Positions 49,856 through 61,987 of a stretch of 64,000 nt of DNA are shown one piece after another. The translations under genes were made by a program, and so were the position numbers. This DNA comes from a virus (taxonomy: Duplodnaviria > Heunggongvirae > Uroviricota > Caudoviricetes): the IMG/VR virus record IMGVR_UViG_3300021400_001110; one strand, written 5' to 3'. Position 1 is the stretch's first letter. Each line of letters begins with the position of its first letter. Below the pieces are notes generated by a model that worked only from the letters and a program-made list of their open reading frames with translations, did no database searches and was not told the origin of the DNA.

Positions 49856-50380
49856 ATGAAAGTAGCTTTTTATCTAGGTTCATTTAATCCTCCACATTAT
49901 GGACATCTTACTGTTATAAATGATGGGGTACATCAATTTGGGATGGATAAGGTAGTAGTAGTTCCTGCTATGCATAATCCTACTAAAAAAGAAAAACCTG
50001 CACCGTTTGATATTAGATGTAGTTGGATGGAAAGAATCGCAAAACAATTTGGAGACAATGTAGAAGTGGATAGAATTGAGGAATTAATGATTCCTCCTTT
50101 CTATTCCTATGCTACATTACATGCTCTAAGAACAAAGTATTGTAATGATGAGACTTATCTTCTTGTTGGAGAAGACTTAGTAAAAGAAATAGAAGATTGG
50201 ATGAATGGTGGGCAAATTCTAAAAGATTGGGATCTTCTAGTTGTAAATAGGCCTGATGGAGCATTATCATCAAGCTTATATAGAAAATGTCCAACTTTAT
50301 TTAATATGTTTATTCCCGAAATTATTAGGGACGAAGTTTATTATTATTTTAATGAACATGGAAAAGAATTGGAGTTATAA
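49856..50380 (+). CDS. nadD: nicotinate/nicotinamide-nucleotide adenylyltransferase (NadD/NMNAT)
   Basis: GSFNPPHYGH ((H/T)xGH nucleotidyltransferase motif). Confidence 0.75.
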   Translation: MKVAFYLGSFNPPHYGHLTVINDGVHQFGMDKVVVVPAMHNPTKKEKPAPFDIRCSWMERIAKQFGDNVEVDRIEELMIPPFYSYATLHALRTKYCNDETYLLVGEDLVKEIEDWMNGGQILKDWDLLVVNRPDGALSSSLYRKCPTLFNMFIPEIIRDEVYYYFNEHGKELEL

Positions 50381-51017
50381 AATTCCTGACGGTCCTCACG
50401 CAGGGACTACATTATGGAGTGGAAGATACTGTGCTGTAGCAGCATTTGTGTTTAGGCGTATAGATGGTATATGGTCAGTTCTAGCCAATCTTCGTGGTTC
50501 TGGTACACCAGACTATCAAGGTTGTTGGAACGCAGTGTGTGGCTTCCTAGAGGCCAATGAGACTGCTCAACAAGGTTGTTCACGAGAAATTTTTGAAGAA
50601 ACTGGATATGAAATAAAACCAGAAAAATTTTTACAAGTTTATACTCAGACCGATCCAGAGACTTCAAATAACGGTAATGTTACTTTAAGACATATTGCTA
50701 TATTCTTTGAACATGAGTTGGGTACTCCAAAGAATCCTGAGGGAGGAGAAGAACATGAAGTGGATGCAATTAAATGGATTCCTATTGATCAAATTCATAT
50801 GTATAAATGGGCATTTAATCATGAGCTAACTTTAAAAATCCTATTTAATGATTATATAGTTCCTTTGTGTAGTAGTCGTCCACTTAGTAAAGGAGAATTC
50901 TTTATGTTATCTCAAACTGAATGGTTAAATAATAATCCTATGGTTAAATACCTTCTTAAAAATAAAATTCTTAATACATTTGAAATAAATGATTTATATC
51001 GACAATCTTATCGCTGA
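50352..51017 (+). CDS. Nudix hydrolase
   Basis: Nudix box GFLEANETAQQGCSREIFEETGY; start moved to ATG 50352 from track 50256. Confidence 0.75.
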   Translation: MNMEKNWSYKIPDGPHAGTTLWSGRYCAVAAFVFRRIDGIWSVLANLRGSGTPDYQGCWNAVCGFLEANETAQQGCSREIFEETGYEIKPEKFLQVYTQTDPETSNNGNVTLRHIAIFFEHELGTPKNPEGGEEHEVDAIKWIPIDQIHMYKWAFNHELTLKILFNDYIVPLCSSRPLSKGEFFMLSQTEWLNNNPMVKYLLKNKILNTFEINDLYRQSYR

Positions 51018-51426
51018 GGCTCGTAAAGAGCAGAATCCAATCAAGTTAGAAGCTTATAAACAAGTTAAGCAGGAATTTGTCCTTAGAAAAACTAAGGGTG
51101 AAGACATTAACTCTAATACAGAAGTTGCAGTACTAAAGAAACTTGTTGGACATTATTCAGATCAAGCACAGCTATATCAAATTAATGGAAGAGAAGAAAT
51201 AGCAAATGAGTATAAAGCATATGCTAATGAACTCAAGAAACTTCTTCCAGAAATGATGTCTGTACAGGAGATAGAAACTCATGTTGATTATATTATTGCT
51301 AAGAATTTCAATGGCATGCCCACAAAGAAAGACATGGGTAAAATTATTAAGATGTTTAAAGAGAGCTACTCTAATGCAGATGGAGCTGCTTTAGCTAATG
51401 TTGTTAAAAGTCATATATTTGTATGA
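50989..51426 (+). CDS. GatB/YqeY domain protein
   Basis: C-terminal KDMGKIIKMFKE...ADGAALANVVKSHI matches the YqeY domain. Confidence 0.55.
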   Translation: MIYIDNLIAEARKEQNPIKLEAYKQVKQEFVLRKTKGEDINSNTEVAVLKKLVGHYSDQAQLYQINGREEIANEYKAYANELKKLLPEMMSVQEIETHVDYIIAKNFNGMPTKKDMGKIIKMFKESYSNADGAALANVVKSHIFV

Positions 51427-51995
51427 TTATAGGAATAGCTGGCAAAGCACAGGCAGGTAAAGATACTACTGCTATGATGCTGCAAACTTTACTTACTAAT
51501 CCTAACATTACATGGGATATGTATTGGCACTCTGATCATCCATTTGAATGGGATCATTTTGTCGTGCATTATGCCGATTTACTGAAAGAAGTATCTAAGG
51601 AAATGCTTGATATGCCTTTTGATAACTTTAATAGTCAAGAGGTTAAACAAATGCATCTTGATTGGCTTGGAATGACTGTCAGAGAATTTTTACAAAAGTT
51701 AGGTACTGCAGTTAGAAAGGAGATAGATCCAGAATTTTGGGTAAAAGCACTATTTAATACTTATCAAAATGGTAATATTATAATAGCTGATGTGCGTTTC
51801 CCAAATGAAGCTGAAGCTATAAAAGCTAGAGGTGGAAAATTAATTAGGATAGAACGTCCTGGTGCAGGAGCAGGAAATCATATCAGTGAAACTGCACTTG
51901 ATGATTATCATGGATGGGATATAGTTATTGATAATGTTGGTACATTGGAAGATCTATTTAATGTAGTCAAATTTCATGTACATAACAGTTTATAA
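51423..51995 (+). CDS. deoxynucleoside monophosphate kinase (T4 gp1-like)
   Basis: P-loop IGIAGKAQAGKDT; 190 aa. Confidence 0.5.
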   Translation: MIIGIAGKAQAGKDTTAMMLQTLLTNPNITWDMYWHSDHPFEWDHFVVHYADLLKEVSKEMLDMPFDNFNSQEVKQMHLDWLGMTVREFLQKLGTAVRKEIDPEFWVKALFNTYQNGNIIIADVRFPNEAEAIKARGGKLIRIERPGAGAGNHISETALDDYHGWDIVIDNVGTLEDLFNVVKFHVHNSL

Positions 51996-52041
51996 AAAGT
52001 ATAGGGGAGCTCGGTAATCGGGCTCCCCTATTTTTTTTTTA
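51995..52041. terminator. bidirectional rho-independent terminator between convergent modules
   Basis: ggggagc..gctcccc hairpin flanked by an A-run (5') and T10 (3'). Confidence 0.6.
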
Positions 52042-55000
52042 CTCTTGGGCTTTTTTCCAAGCATTGTAAGTATCTTTCCCAGCACGTGCAACTGCGAAAT
52101 TTCCCATAAATGCATCTGGTAAACTTTTTCTTCCTGTAGCTACTTTAAGAGCATCTTGAGCAACTTTAAGATTAACTTCATACATTGGAGAAGCTGTATT
52201 ATCTCCAAGCCAATCTTTAAAGTTAAGTGGACCTCTGAATGAGTCATAAGAACGAGAACCAGCTTTATAAAATATTTCAGTAGCTAAATTAGCTAATACT
52301 GGATTATTTTTCATTTCTTTCTTATAATCTTTATAAGCAGGATCTAAAGCAAACTTAAATGCTATAAACATTAATAATGTAACTAACATATCACTAATTA
52401 ATTTAGCTAAATTAGCTCTTACTGTAGGATTAGCAGTTATATATTCTTTCATTGCCTGTAATCCTCCATCCTTCGTAATATAATATAAATCTCTCATAGT
52501 ATAAGCAATTCCTTGTACTATGGTTGGAACATTATGATAGAGAGGCATTCCAGTATCTACTGTGGTAATTCCTCCATTTTCATCTAAGAAAAGAAGATTA
52601 CCAGCCTCGTCTGTCTACTATTCCATATTAGAACGATTTGCTATATATTTACCAGGCTTCATAAAGTAATTATTCCAAATACCATTCATCCAAGTAGTAT
52701 ACATACCAAAGAACCACATAATAGTAGTGTGTTCTCCCATAGACTTAAGAGATTTATCATATGCACCGTAGATATTATCAGCTACTTCTTTTATAGCAAG
52801 AATTTCTCTATCTGAGTAAGGGGCAGGTAAGAAAGTTTCTGCTGTTTCAGGATTTAAATCTATTTGGCTTTCAGGGTGTTCAGCATTCCATTCACGAGCT
52901 TTAGACATATATAAAGCTTTCGCCTATTTATACTCAGTAGAATCCTTTGAAGTTCCATCTACCAAGGCTTTAAATCTCTTATCCTTTTTCCAATTATATG
53001 TAAGAATATCGTCATTAAGTTCCCATCCTTCCCAACATCCATCTTTCATACAACGAGCAACAAACAAAGTCATACGATTTAAAAAGTCTGGTCTACGAAG
53101 AGTTGCATATGCCCAATTTTTGTAATTAGCAATACCTCCTCTACCAATACGTAATGATTCCATACTAGCAAGGTCTATATTAGAAAGACGATATTTAGCT
53201 TGAAGAGCACTTAACATACTAATATTCATCGTATTAGTCATACCATGAGTTATAGTATAAGCATATGCTTGACTAAGAGTTTTAGCATCTATATCTGTAT
53301 TTAACTTAGTAACTGTTCTCATAAAGTTTTCTTCAAATCCTTGGAATACATCACGGAAGAAAGAGATCATATTACCTCCAAGATTCATAAGAGTAACTTT
53401 ACTTCTTACCCCTGCTAATGCTCCAGTAAGTACTTGTCCAGTTTCACTTTTTATAGTTGTATTAAATACATTAACTTTTAAAAAGTCTCTAATATACTGA
53501 ATTTCTCTTTTCATTATATCAGAATTACCAGATTCTTCTCCCATTAGAGTAAGTTGGAAAAGTAAAGAACGAGTACCTACCATAAAATCCTTTAATTTAG
53601 TACATTCTATATTCTTAGATAGATATTCAATAAGAATAGTTTCTACGTTTGTTTCAAAGAATTCCACTCCATTATCATCAATATATTTCTAACGAGTTCC
53701 AGCTTCTTTTCCTGTCTCATCTCCTATCTAGAACATATTAATTACTCTTCCTAACTTTTCCTTATCTGCAGCTAAGCCTTGATTTATAAGTTTTCTTTCT
53801 TCCTCTGTAAGATTCTCAATTTGGTCGTCATAATATTGCTTAGGATTTTGAATAATTTTCCACATACGAGCAGCCCTTCCCTTCCAAGTTGATGCTTCTA
53901 GGTTTTGCATAACTTTAGTAGAATTGGAAGCTCTCATAAGTGGACACCATAAATATTTATGTCCTCCAGCTCTATTCTATATAAAATCAAGTACTTTAGG
54001 ATCATTATAACTTCCTAAATTAAGAACATCCCCTCCATTCCTTATTATATAGAACTACCATAAAGCTTTCTTAAGAAATTCCTATTCAGCTGAATCAAGA
54101 CTTTCATCTGTCCAAGGATTTTTAAACTTCATTGTTCTTCTTCCTTGTTCATCAAGTTCAAATAGATTCTTAAATATATTTACTTCATCTCCAAGAGTTG
54201 CATTTCTAGTCATTCCATAACCCTTAGCATCTAAGAATTCTTTTATGAACTTTCTCATATTTTTAGCATGATATTGCTCAATTTCAGTTGCTATACTATT
54301 ATAAGTTTGAGCTAAATTATCAGTTACTATACGAATATTTTGATTAGGAATATGATTTGTAGTAGACATATGTCTGTATATGTCAGTTAGTTCTTTCTCA
54401 TAATTAAGAGTTTCTCCATTATAATGATGATAAGCTTCTGAAATAGCTCTATATAAACGACAAACTTGCTAGTCCCTTATAGAGCCTATCTAACCTCTAG
54501 CCATTCTTGCTATGTCTTCAAATTTATAAGATGGAAGGATACAAGCAAGTTCTGACTAAAAAGCTTCTAATAATTCTTTTAGAAGTTTTGTTTTCTCATA
54601 AGCTTTATCACTCTCCATAAGACTTGCTAACTAAGCAAATTTATCTGGAGAATATCTCATAATTTCGCTTTCACTTCTATTATTAACTAAAAGCCCATAT
54701 TCGTACATTACAGACTCTAATGGATCAACAAATTGTTCAGATTTAAGAGCTCTGAAATTATTAACAAAACCAAGTTCTTTATTAGCATCATTAACTGTTG
54801 TAATAACTTCTGGAAGTATATTTTTTGTAATACTGCTTATACTATAATTTCTAGAAGTACCTGTATGGCTAAGTACTTTAACTCTTCCAAGTTGTACATT
54901 ATCCATATCCTTCATAGTAGGTAATATCTGATTAAGTAGCACTACTGCTCTTATAACCTCAGCATTACCATAGTCACCTCTTAAGGTATTTGTCTGTACA

Positions 55001-56700
55001 TCGGTCTTATAAGCACCTAACAGATTATGTCTTCCTTTACCGAAGGGTATTTCAGCATTACAATCAAAAGCAGATAAAGAAATTATATCAAGCTATCCTG
55101 TATCATTGTTCTACATTAGAATAATATTATAATCGAGAAGTTCGTCACGCAGTTTCCATTTATATACAGGAGTTTTATTACCCTTTGTATCTATAGTCCA
55201 ATCAACATCATTAAAGTAAGTATCCAGCATAGTTTTAATAAAACTTCTTGATGAAGATAGTCCTTTTAATTTGTCTATTACATCAGATTCAGGAACAAAT
55301 ACTCCTTTTTCTCCTATTTGATTCATTTTATGAATGGCCTCTTTAAGAGTATGTACAGTTTGAAGAGTTTCGTCTTGTATTTCTCCTAAATGTTCTATCA
55401 CTATATCAAGTATATCCTAATTATTATTTTTATTTTTATTAGATTTAGGTCTGTAAGATTTCCCATCTATAATCACTTCCCATCGTCCTTTATCATCATT
55501 TACTTCTCTGATTACAAGAGGTTCAGCTTCTCCAGCTTCAGGAGCACGTTTAATCATTTCAATTGCAGAACGATGAGTTCCTTCACTTCTCATATTTAAT
55601 ATAGGGAAGATGTGCTGGAATATTTCATCAGCCTTGTCAAAAGTCTCTATAGTAACCTTAGGAATATTAACATTACTGCGAATAAAGTGTCTAGCATGTT
55701 TATCATACTATTCTAGTAAATAATTACCACTAGTACTTACAGAAATATTCTGAGGAGCCCCTACTGTTATCTTTTTAAGATCAGCACCATCATAGTCCAT
55801 TTTAACTGGAACTATATTAAGTTCTATATTTTTAATAGGAATACCATTATAAGCAAGCATTTGCTTAAGAAAAGCCATACCATAGTTATATTTCTTCCAC
55901 TTATCTTTAGACCATAGATTCATAGGTTTCTAAGATGCTTTGAAATTATATATATGTAAAGTACCTGATGAATCAACAGATAGATAATCAATATGACCTA
56001 CAAGTTCCTTTCCAAGGGCTTCTACTTGTGCTTTAAGTCCAACATTACCTATAATAACTGGATTTACCTAGGTACGATAAATATATTGGTCAACAAAGTG
56101 TTCCATCTATCCTTTAAAATCTTCAAGAAGGGCAGTTCGTCCATCAAATACAGTATCTTTAATAATTCCAGATATAGCATCTATATATTCAGAATTTTTA
56201 GTTTTAGTAGAAATTGCTCCATAGCCATCAGCAATTCTGTGAAGTATTACAGAATCTTTCTTAAATTGATCCATATTAGCTAAGTCTTTATCTACTTCAG
56301 TTGTTGCTTGTTCTTCTGAATAACCATTCTTTTTAAGATTCTCTATCTCATTTGCTCTAAATTCTTCTTTATTAAATGGACGTACTAAAGGAATTCCATC
56401 TATGAGACAAGCAGGATCCTCTATAAATTCTTGATAAGATAAAGTATTTCCATCTCCTCCCAATTCATCATCATATGTAGATACTGTACGTGCGGCAGTT
56501 ACTATATAATCATGTTTAATTTCTCCTATTTTAGTAATAATAGAATCTTTAAAGGGGTCTTTAGAATATACTATATCATTTATAGAGGCTTTTTCTTCAG
56601 TATCTAAAACTTCTGCAAACTACTTATCCACATATCTAAGCAGTTCCAGTAGAGAAAGCCCTGTTTCTCCATTTACTATATCATATGTACAATTTTTCAT
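52039..56700 (-). CDS. late gene L1, ~1553 aa, TAG read as a sense codon (function unassigned; probably virion/structural module)
   Basis: All minus-strand ORF fragments 52039..56463 share one frame and are separated only by TAG ('cta' on + strand at 52615-17, 52618-20, 52924-26, 53689-91, 53728-30, 54055-57, 54082-84, 56620-22). ATG 56698-700, TAA 52039-41; no in-frame TAA/TGA. Confidence 0.7.
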
Positions 56701-59261
56701 TCACAGTCTTCTATAATATTTCTTTTACTTATCTAATCTTTAATCCAGTTATCTTTCTGGCGCTATATTTGCAATGTTCCATCTTTTACAAAATTTATAT
56801 TATCTGACAACGTCTTAGCTACGTCAGAATTAAAGTGTCTCCATATGTTTTCCAAAGAACCTTTAAAATCAATGATAGCTTTTCCTTTATCCTTTCTATC
56901 AAAGATTGTATTTTGTAGTTCTTTAATTTTATCATTCATAGCAAACATCTATCCAAGTTCATATGGTAAGTTACCTTCCATATACTCTCCATATAAGTCT
57001 GCTACAGTTTCTTCCGCTAAGTCAAAATCACTAGAATTTGGAAATTTGGCTTTCTTTCTTTTGAAAGTTTTTTGACCTCTTTCAGTAGATAATATTTTAT
57101 CCACAAATTCTAAATAACTTTCCCTATATTCTGGATTAGCTTTTAAGGCTCCAAGGAATAAGTGGGCATACTCGTGAAAAGCGTCTGTAGGTTTAGCAAT
57201 AGCTGAGTTAATATAAATTTCCCCATCTTTTATAAATGCTTTTACAAGATTCATATCCTCAATACCCATTTCAGTAAGTTGCTATTCATTTACTATATTT
57301 ACTGGAACCCCGAATTTCTCCTTCATTGTTGTTGCTATACTATTTAATAACTGTAATATAGGAAATCTCTTGTTAGTTCTTTTATCAGTTACTGCAGATA
57401 TGTCGGTTTCTGTATATCTAATACGATACTTACCTTCATCCACTTTATAAGAATTGGTAACATAGTAATAAGTAACAGGCTTGGTATTTATTTCATTTAC
57501 TATAGCTTTTATCTTATCATTGTCTGCTCTTAAATAGTGTAATTTTCCAGTATCGTCTTTAGTGTTAAGTTGTCTATTTAATTCACTTAAAAATATAACA
57601 GCCTTTTCTGATGTATTTATTTTAGAGAGAATAAGACTTTTAGTAGAATCATTTAATTCTAAGGTTTCTATATAATTATAAAAATCCTATAAAGTTTTAT
57701 CTAATAAGTCATATTCTTCTTCTTTCATATTAGTAGAACGTATATCTAAAGGCATATCAATTGCAGAGAATATAGTTCCTTCTGGAATAAATTTATAACT
57801 TTCAAAAGTTCTACCTAGTCTCTAAGAAATTCCTCCATCAAGATAACGTTGTTTAAGATTTGTGAAAGAATTCTTTCTTAAATTCTACGTTATATAATGA
57901 CTATCAATCCATTCTTGAGCATCATTTAAGCTAGAAAATCTCTAAGCATTAAGTTTTTCATTTATAAAATAAGAGGTAACATAGTAATAAGTTATTACTT
58001 TATTATTAATCTCTTTGGCTTGACTATAAATATAATAACCATTTCTTTCTTCTTCCTTTGTAAAAGAAGCTACTGTTTCATAGCCAAATCCATATGCAGA
58101 TTCCAAAGAAGGAAATATATTTTCTAATATTAACTTATCCTTTTGCAAAGACATAGCTCTTAATGCCAAAGGATTTTCATCAACATCTAATAGCTGATTA
58201 ATAGTATTAAATAGCAAGGAAAATCCCCATATATCATTTTCACCTTTATAATTAGATCTTGTCTATTCTAATAATTGATAAAAATCTAATTCATTCTGTA
58301 ATTGAGATTTTCCTACTTCAGCTTTCTAACCCTTAGATTTTTCTAAGTTAGATTGTTTAGTATTTAAACGTGATTTAAGAATTTCTAATACTTCTTCACC
58401 TCTTTTGTTAAATACTTCTACTAAATCCTTCTAAGTTCCAAACAAATGAGGAAAAGATTGGGCAAGAATTGATGTTAATTCACTTATAGTTATTATTTGC
58501 TATCCATTTCTATTAGTAGTAAGACGTCTATTAAATTCATTAAGTATAGGATTTTTATATTTTTTCTTTGAGGGAGTACCTTTAATAGCTGAGGCTATAT
58601 AAGTCATCCATGTATAAATGGATGCTCCCTCTAATATTCCTTTTTCTTTTTGTTTTTCTTGTTTAGTATTATTTAAATATGATAATATAGTTTCTTCTGG
58701 TGATAATCCTTTCTTTTGAGCTATTTTACTTAACATATCAGAAAGTTCTTCATCTAGAGTTTGTTTATACTCACCACTAAGTACTTTTTCTCTTACTTGT
58801 AAATAATTAGCTAACTATACAAGAGAATCTTTATCATTTCTTACAACAAATATCTCTTTTCCTTTTTTATCTATAACCCTTCCTCTTACAGGAACTTTAG
58901 GAGATCCATCTATAATATTATCTAATAGTAGTATAGGAACATCAATAGAAGGGAAATCTATTTCTGGAAAAGTTTCTTGTATATATTTATAATTTACGTT
59001 TGGAACTAATCCATCCTGTCCACTTATTTTACTATAAGAAACCATTTGAGAGACTGAACTATTATCTTTTAAATATTGTATGATGTCTCTTTTTATTTCC
59101 TCCCACTTACCTTTATTTTTTGATAAGACCTACGCTAGTCTAGATTGAAAATCCCATGTGGATAGAGAGCGTTCACCCTCTATCCCATAGAATTCTTCTT
59201 CGGGAACTGTTATATTATGTTCAGTTTCCCCAAATTTAAAATGTATAGTACAAGTTTTCAT
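56697..59261 (-). CDS. late gene L2, ~854 aa, TAG read as a sense codon; contains an HExxH motif
   Basis: Single frame across fragments 56763..59045. ATG 59259-61 (MKTCTIHFKFGETE..), TGA 56697-99 overlapping the L1 ATG (ATGA). In-frame TAG at 56733-35, 56763-65, 59130-32. HEYAH encoded at 57162-57176. Confidence 0.65.
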
Positions 59262-61987
59262 ATACAATTAATGTCTAAGAATAATTTAGTCTATCTCATG
59301 AGTTCTGCTATTCCAACCATAGGAGAATTGTCTAATTGTTCTTTAACCCTAGTTATAATACTAGAATATGGCTTTCCTAATATAAAGTAGGCTCTATCTA
59401 AATAGAATCTATGAAGTTTCTATTCAGTTCCTTCTCCAGGAAGAGCGGGAAGAATATCATCCATTTTTTCATATTTATTAAATCCTAAATTCTTATAATA
59501 TACTGGGAGTTTATCTTCATACATAATTACTACGGGATCTTTCTAACCTTTTAAGCTAGATACTACTCTAGCCTAAGAAATAAATAAGTCCATAGCAGTA
59601 AACTCCATCATACTATTAATTTCTGCCTCAGAATAATCGTGTTCTCCTACATACTTTAAATATCTATTAATTATATTATCACTTTTATTATCAAATTCCT
59701 TTATAAATCCTTCAAATATCTTAGTAAGACGGTCAGAACCATATTGATTTTTATTAACTATTAAGTTATAAATAGCAAACCAATCAGATATTGATAAATT
59801 ACCTATTTTATAGTTAGATAACTGTTTTAGACCTTTACTAAATCTTGATAATTGAACTCTTGTATAAGAAGAATCCGAAGAAATATTTACATTAGTTTTC
59901 CAAATAGGAACATCTCTATCATTACCTCTCTATAAGGATTGAATAAAAGAATTTCTACGAATTGTTTCTTTAGTAGCATCATCCCAATCTCCATAAGTTC
60001 CAGCTTTTAGTCCTGGAATTACTACATTTTCAAAATAGTATTTAAATGAGGCTATTCCTTCTTCTGAATCTAATGTTAATATTCCGTTAGTCTTATTTAC
60101 TATAGTTCTGTTATGGTCTAATATAGAGCCTTTAATTGGGAATTTAAAGTTTCCATCCACAATAAACTGTTGCATCATTAAAGATGAAGCAAATCCTAAA
60201 ATTCTTGAATAATATTTATCATCAAGATAAAGTTTAGGACATTCTTTAGCTATTTTATTAAGACAAGCATCAAGAATTCTACTCTTTACAGAGAATTGAT
60301 TTACAGTGCATTCACCTCCAAGTAATGTAAACATACTTTTAAAATGAGGAAGTTTAGGAGCTATAGCAAATATATTTAGAGTAACTTTTAGCTTATTATA
60401 GTATTCAGCAACTCGTTCTTGATACTCTTCATCCTATAACCACCTAATTGGATCAAATGTTCCTCCTGCTATGTCTTGATATCTAGAATCAACAGCGTCT
60501 TTAAGATTTCCATCTGCATTAGTAATACCCATATCTTTTTCTCTTTTGGTTATGAGTTTCTTTATCTTCTATAAAGTGCCCATTAAATCTTCAGCTTTAC
60601 CTGGAAGACCTTGGTTAATACTTAGAAGACGTCCAAAAGAACTAAATTCATCAGAACCTTCTAATATATGTTTAAATTCCTAAATATCAGCTAAAGCTTC
60701 AGATCTCTATTGTGCTGTTAAGTTACTAGGAATAACATTCTTTAGTAAAGATAATTTATTTCTAGAGCCAGCTACTTCATATCCATCTTCATCCTCATAA
60801 TGGTCTACATCCTTATTAGTTTCATAGTTCTTTAGATATTTTTCTATAGCTTCAAGTGCTTCATCAACACGTAATTCTTGTCCTAAGAATATATTAGGAT
60901 CTGATAGAGAGTCTATCCATGAGATAGCATCACTAGTCATGAATTTAACTATATCATTAATATCATAACCAAGAGTCATCAAGAATAGATAACATTTAGC
61001 TAATTTACTACCTGCATTGATTTTAGCAAGAATAAGCTCTTTAGCGTTATCAGTAGCAGCACTAATCATCTAACTTATAAGAATATCAATAGGAATACCA
61101 GAATGTAATTTTCCAGCTTCTATGTAATTTATAAGATTTAAATCAGAAAGCTTTTCAGTATTAACATCTGGAAGTATAGTTGAAGTAACTTGTCTCATTT
61201 GTGGAATTTTATTTACTTCCTTACTTCTTCCAGCTATTCTACTTGTTGTAAATTCAAATCTACTATAATCAAAGTCTGTATTTTCTACAGGAGTTATTTC
61301 TCCCGTAGCATTTACTGTATAGTCAATACCTTCTTTAGCCTTATTTATAGTATCATTTAAATAATACATCCACATAAATGCTGCTTTCTAACCAGTAGCA
61401 GAAATAGCAATAACATTCTTACCAGTCATATTCTAATACTACATAGTATATACAGAAAGTGGATTCATAAGAGTAATTTCTAAAGCCTCAGCACCTTTTG
61501 GGGACTTATCTGCAGCTTTTCTTAAATCTTCCATATCTACAGGAACATAAGAATCAGCAGCATTTCTAACGTTCTATATAGTATTTTGGATATGCACAGA
61601 TATAAAGTTTCTAAGAGCTGCAGCTTTTAAATCTGCAGGTAATTTAGTAGCATTATGATTATTAAGTTTCTCAATTATTTCTGGAGTAGCTCCCTTTACG
61701 AATTTATTATCTCCTAGTTTATTAAGAATACGAGCATAAGCAAGTACTTCTTTAGCTCCCCATTCATTAATAAGCGCTGGTTCAGGACTATTATCTAAAA
61801 CCTCTCGCGCCTATTTAATAATATTTGCTTCTTCTGAAATATCTACTCCATTTTCAGATTCTTCAATAATTACTCCATTCTTTGGAAGAGGTAGATACTC
61901 AGATGCTTGTATAGTTTCTAAACTATTATAGTTAAATAAGCTAGACCATCCTATATATTGTCCATTATCATCAAATGCAAGTCCCAT
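59258..61987 (-). CDS. late gene L3, ~909 aa, TAG read as a sense codon (function unassigned)
   Basis: Single frame 59258..61987. ATG 61985-87 after in-frame TGA 62027-29; TGA 59258-60 overlaps the L2 ATG (ATGA). In-frame TAG at 59291, 59543, 59573, 59930, 61070, 61388, 61433, 61439, 61574, 61811. Confidence 0.65.

Noticed and set aside
917-50667. Minus-strand ORFs embedded in + strand genes (e.g. 917..1141, 1504..1728, 2214..2447, 7662..7934, 8781..9032, 11738..12058, 12426..12737, 16562..16936, 36309..36716, 41048..41362, 50452..50667)
   Set aside because: They are antisense shadow ORFs of clearly coding + strand genes. They are compositionally biased (Ser/Leu/Phe/Ile-rich) and have no homology-like features.
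54733-56283. + strand ORFs inside the late block (54733..54924, 55390..55599, 55993..56283, 56845..57075, 62967..63155, 63324..63512, 63688..63909)
   Set aside because: These are shadow ORFs antisense to the long recoded genes. They are low-complexity and AT-rich, with no start/stop coupling to neighbours.
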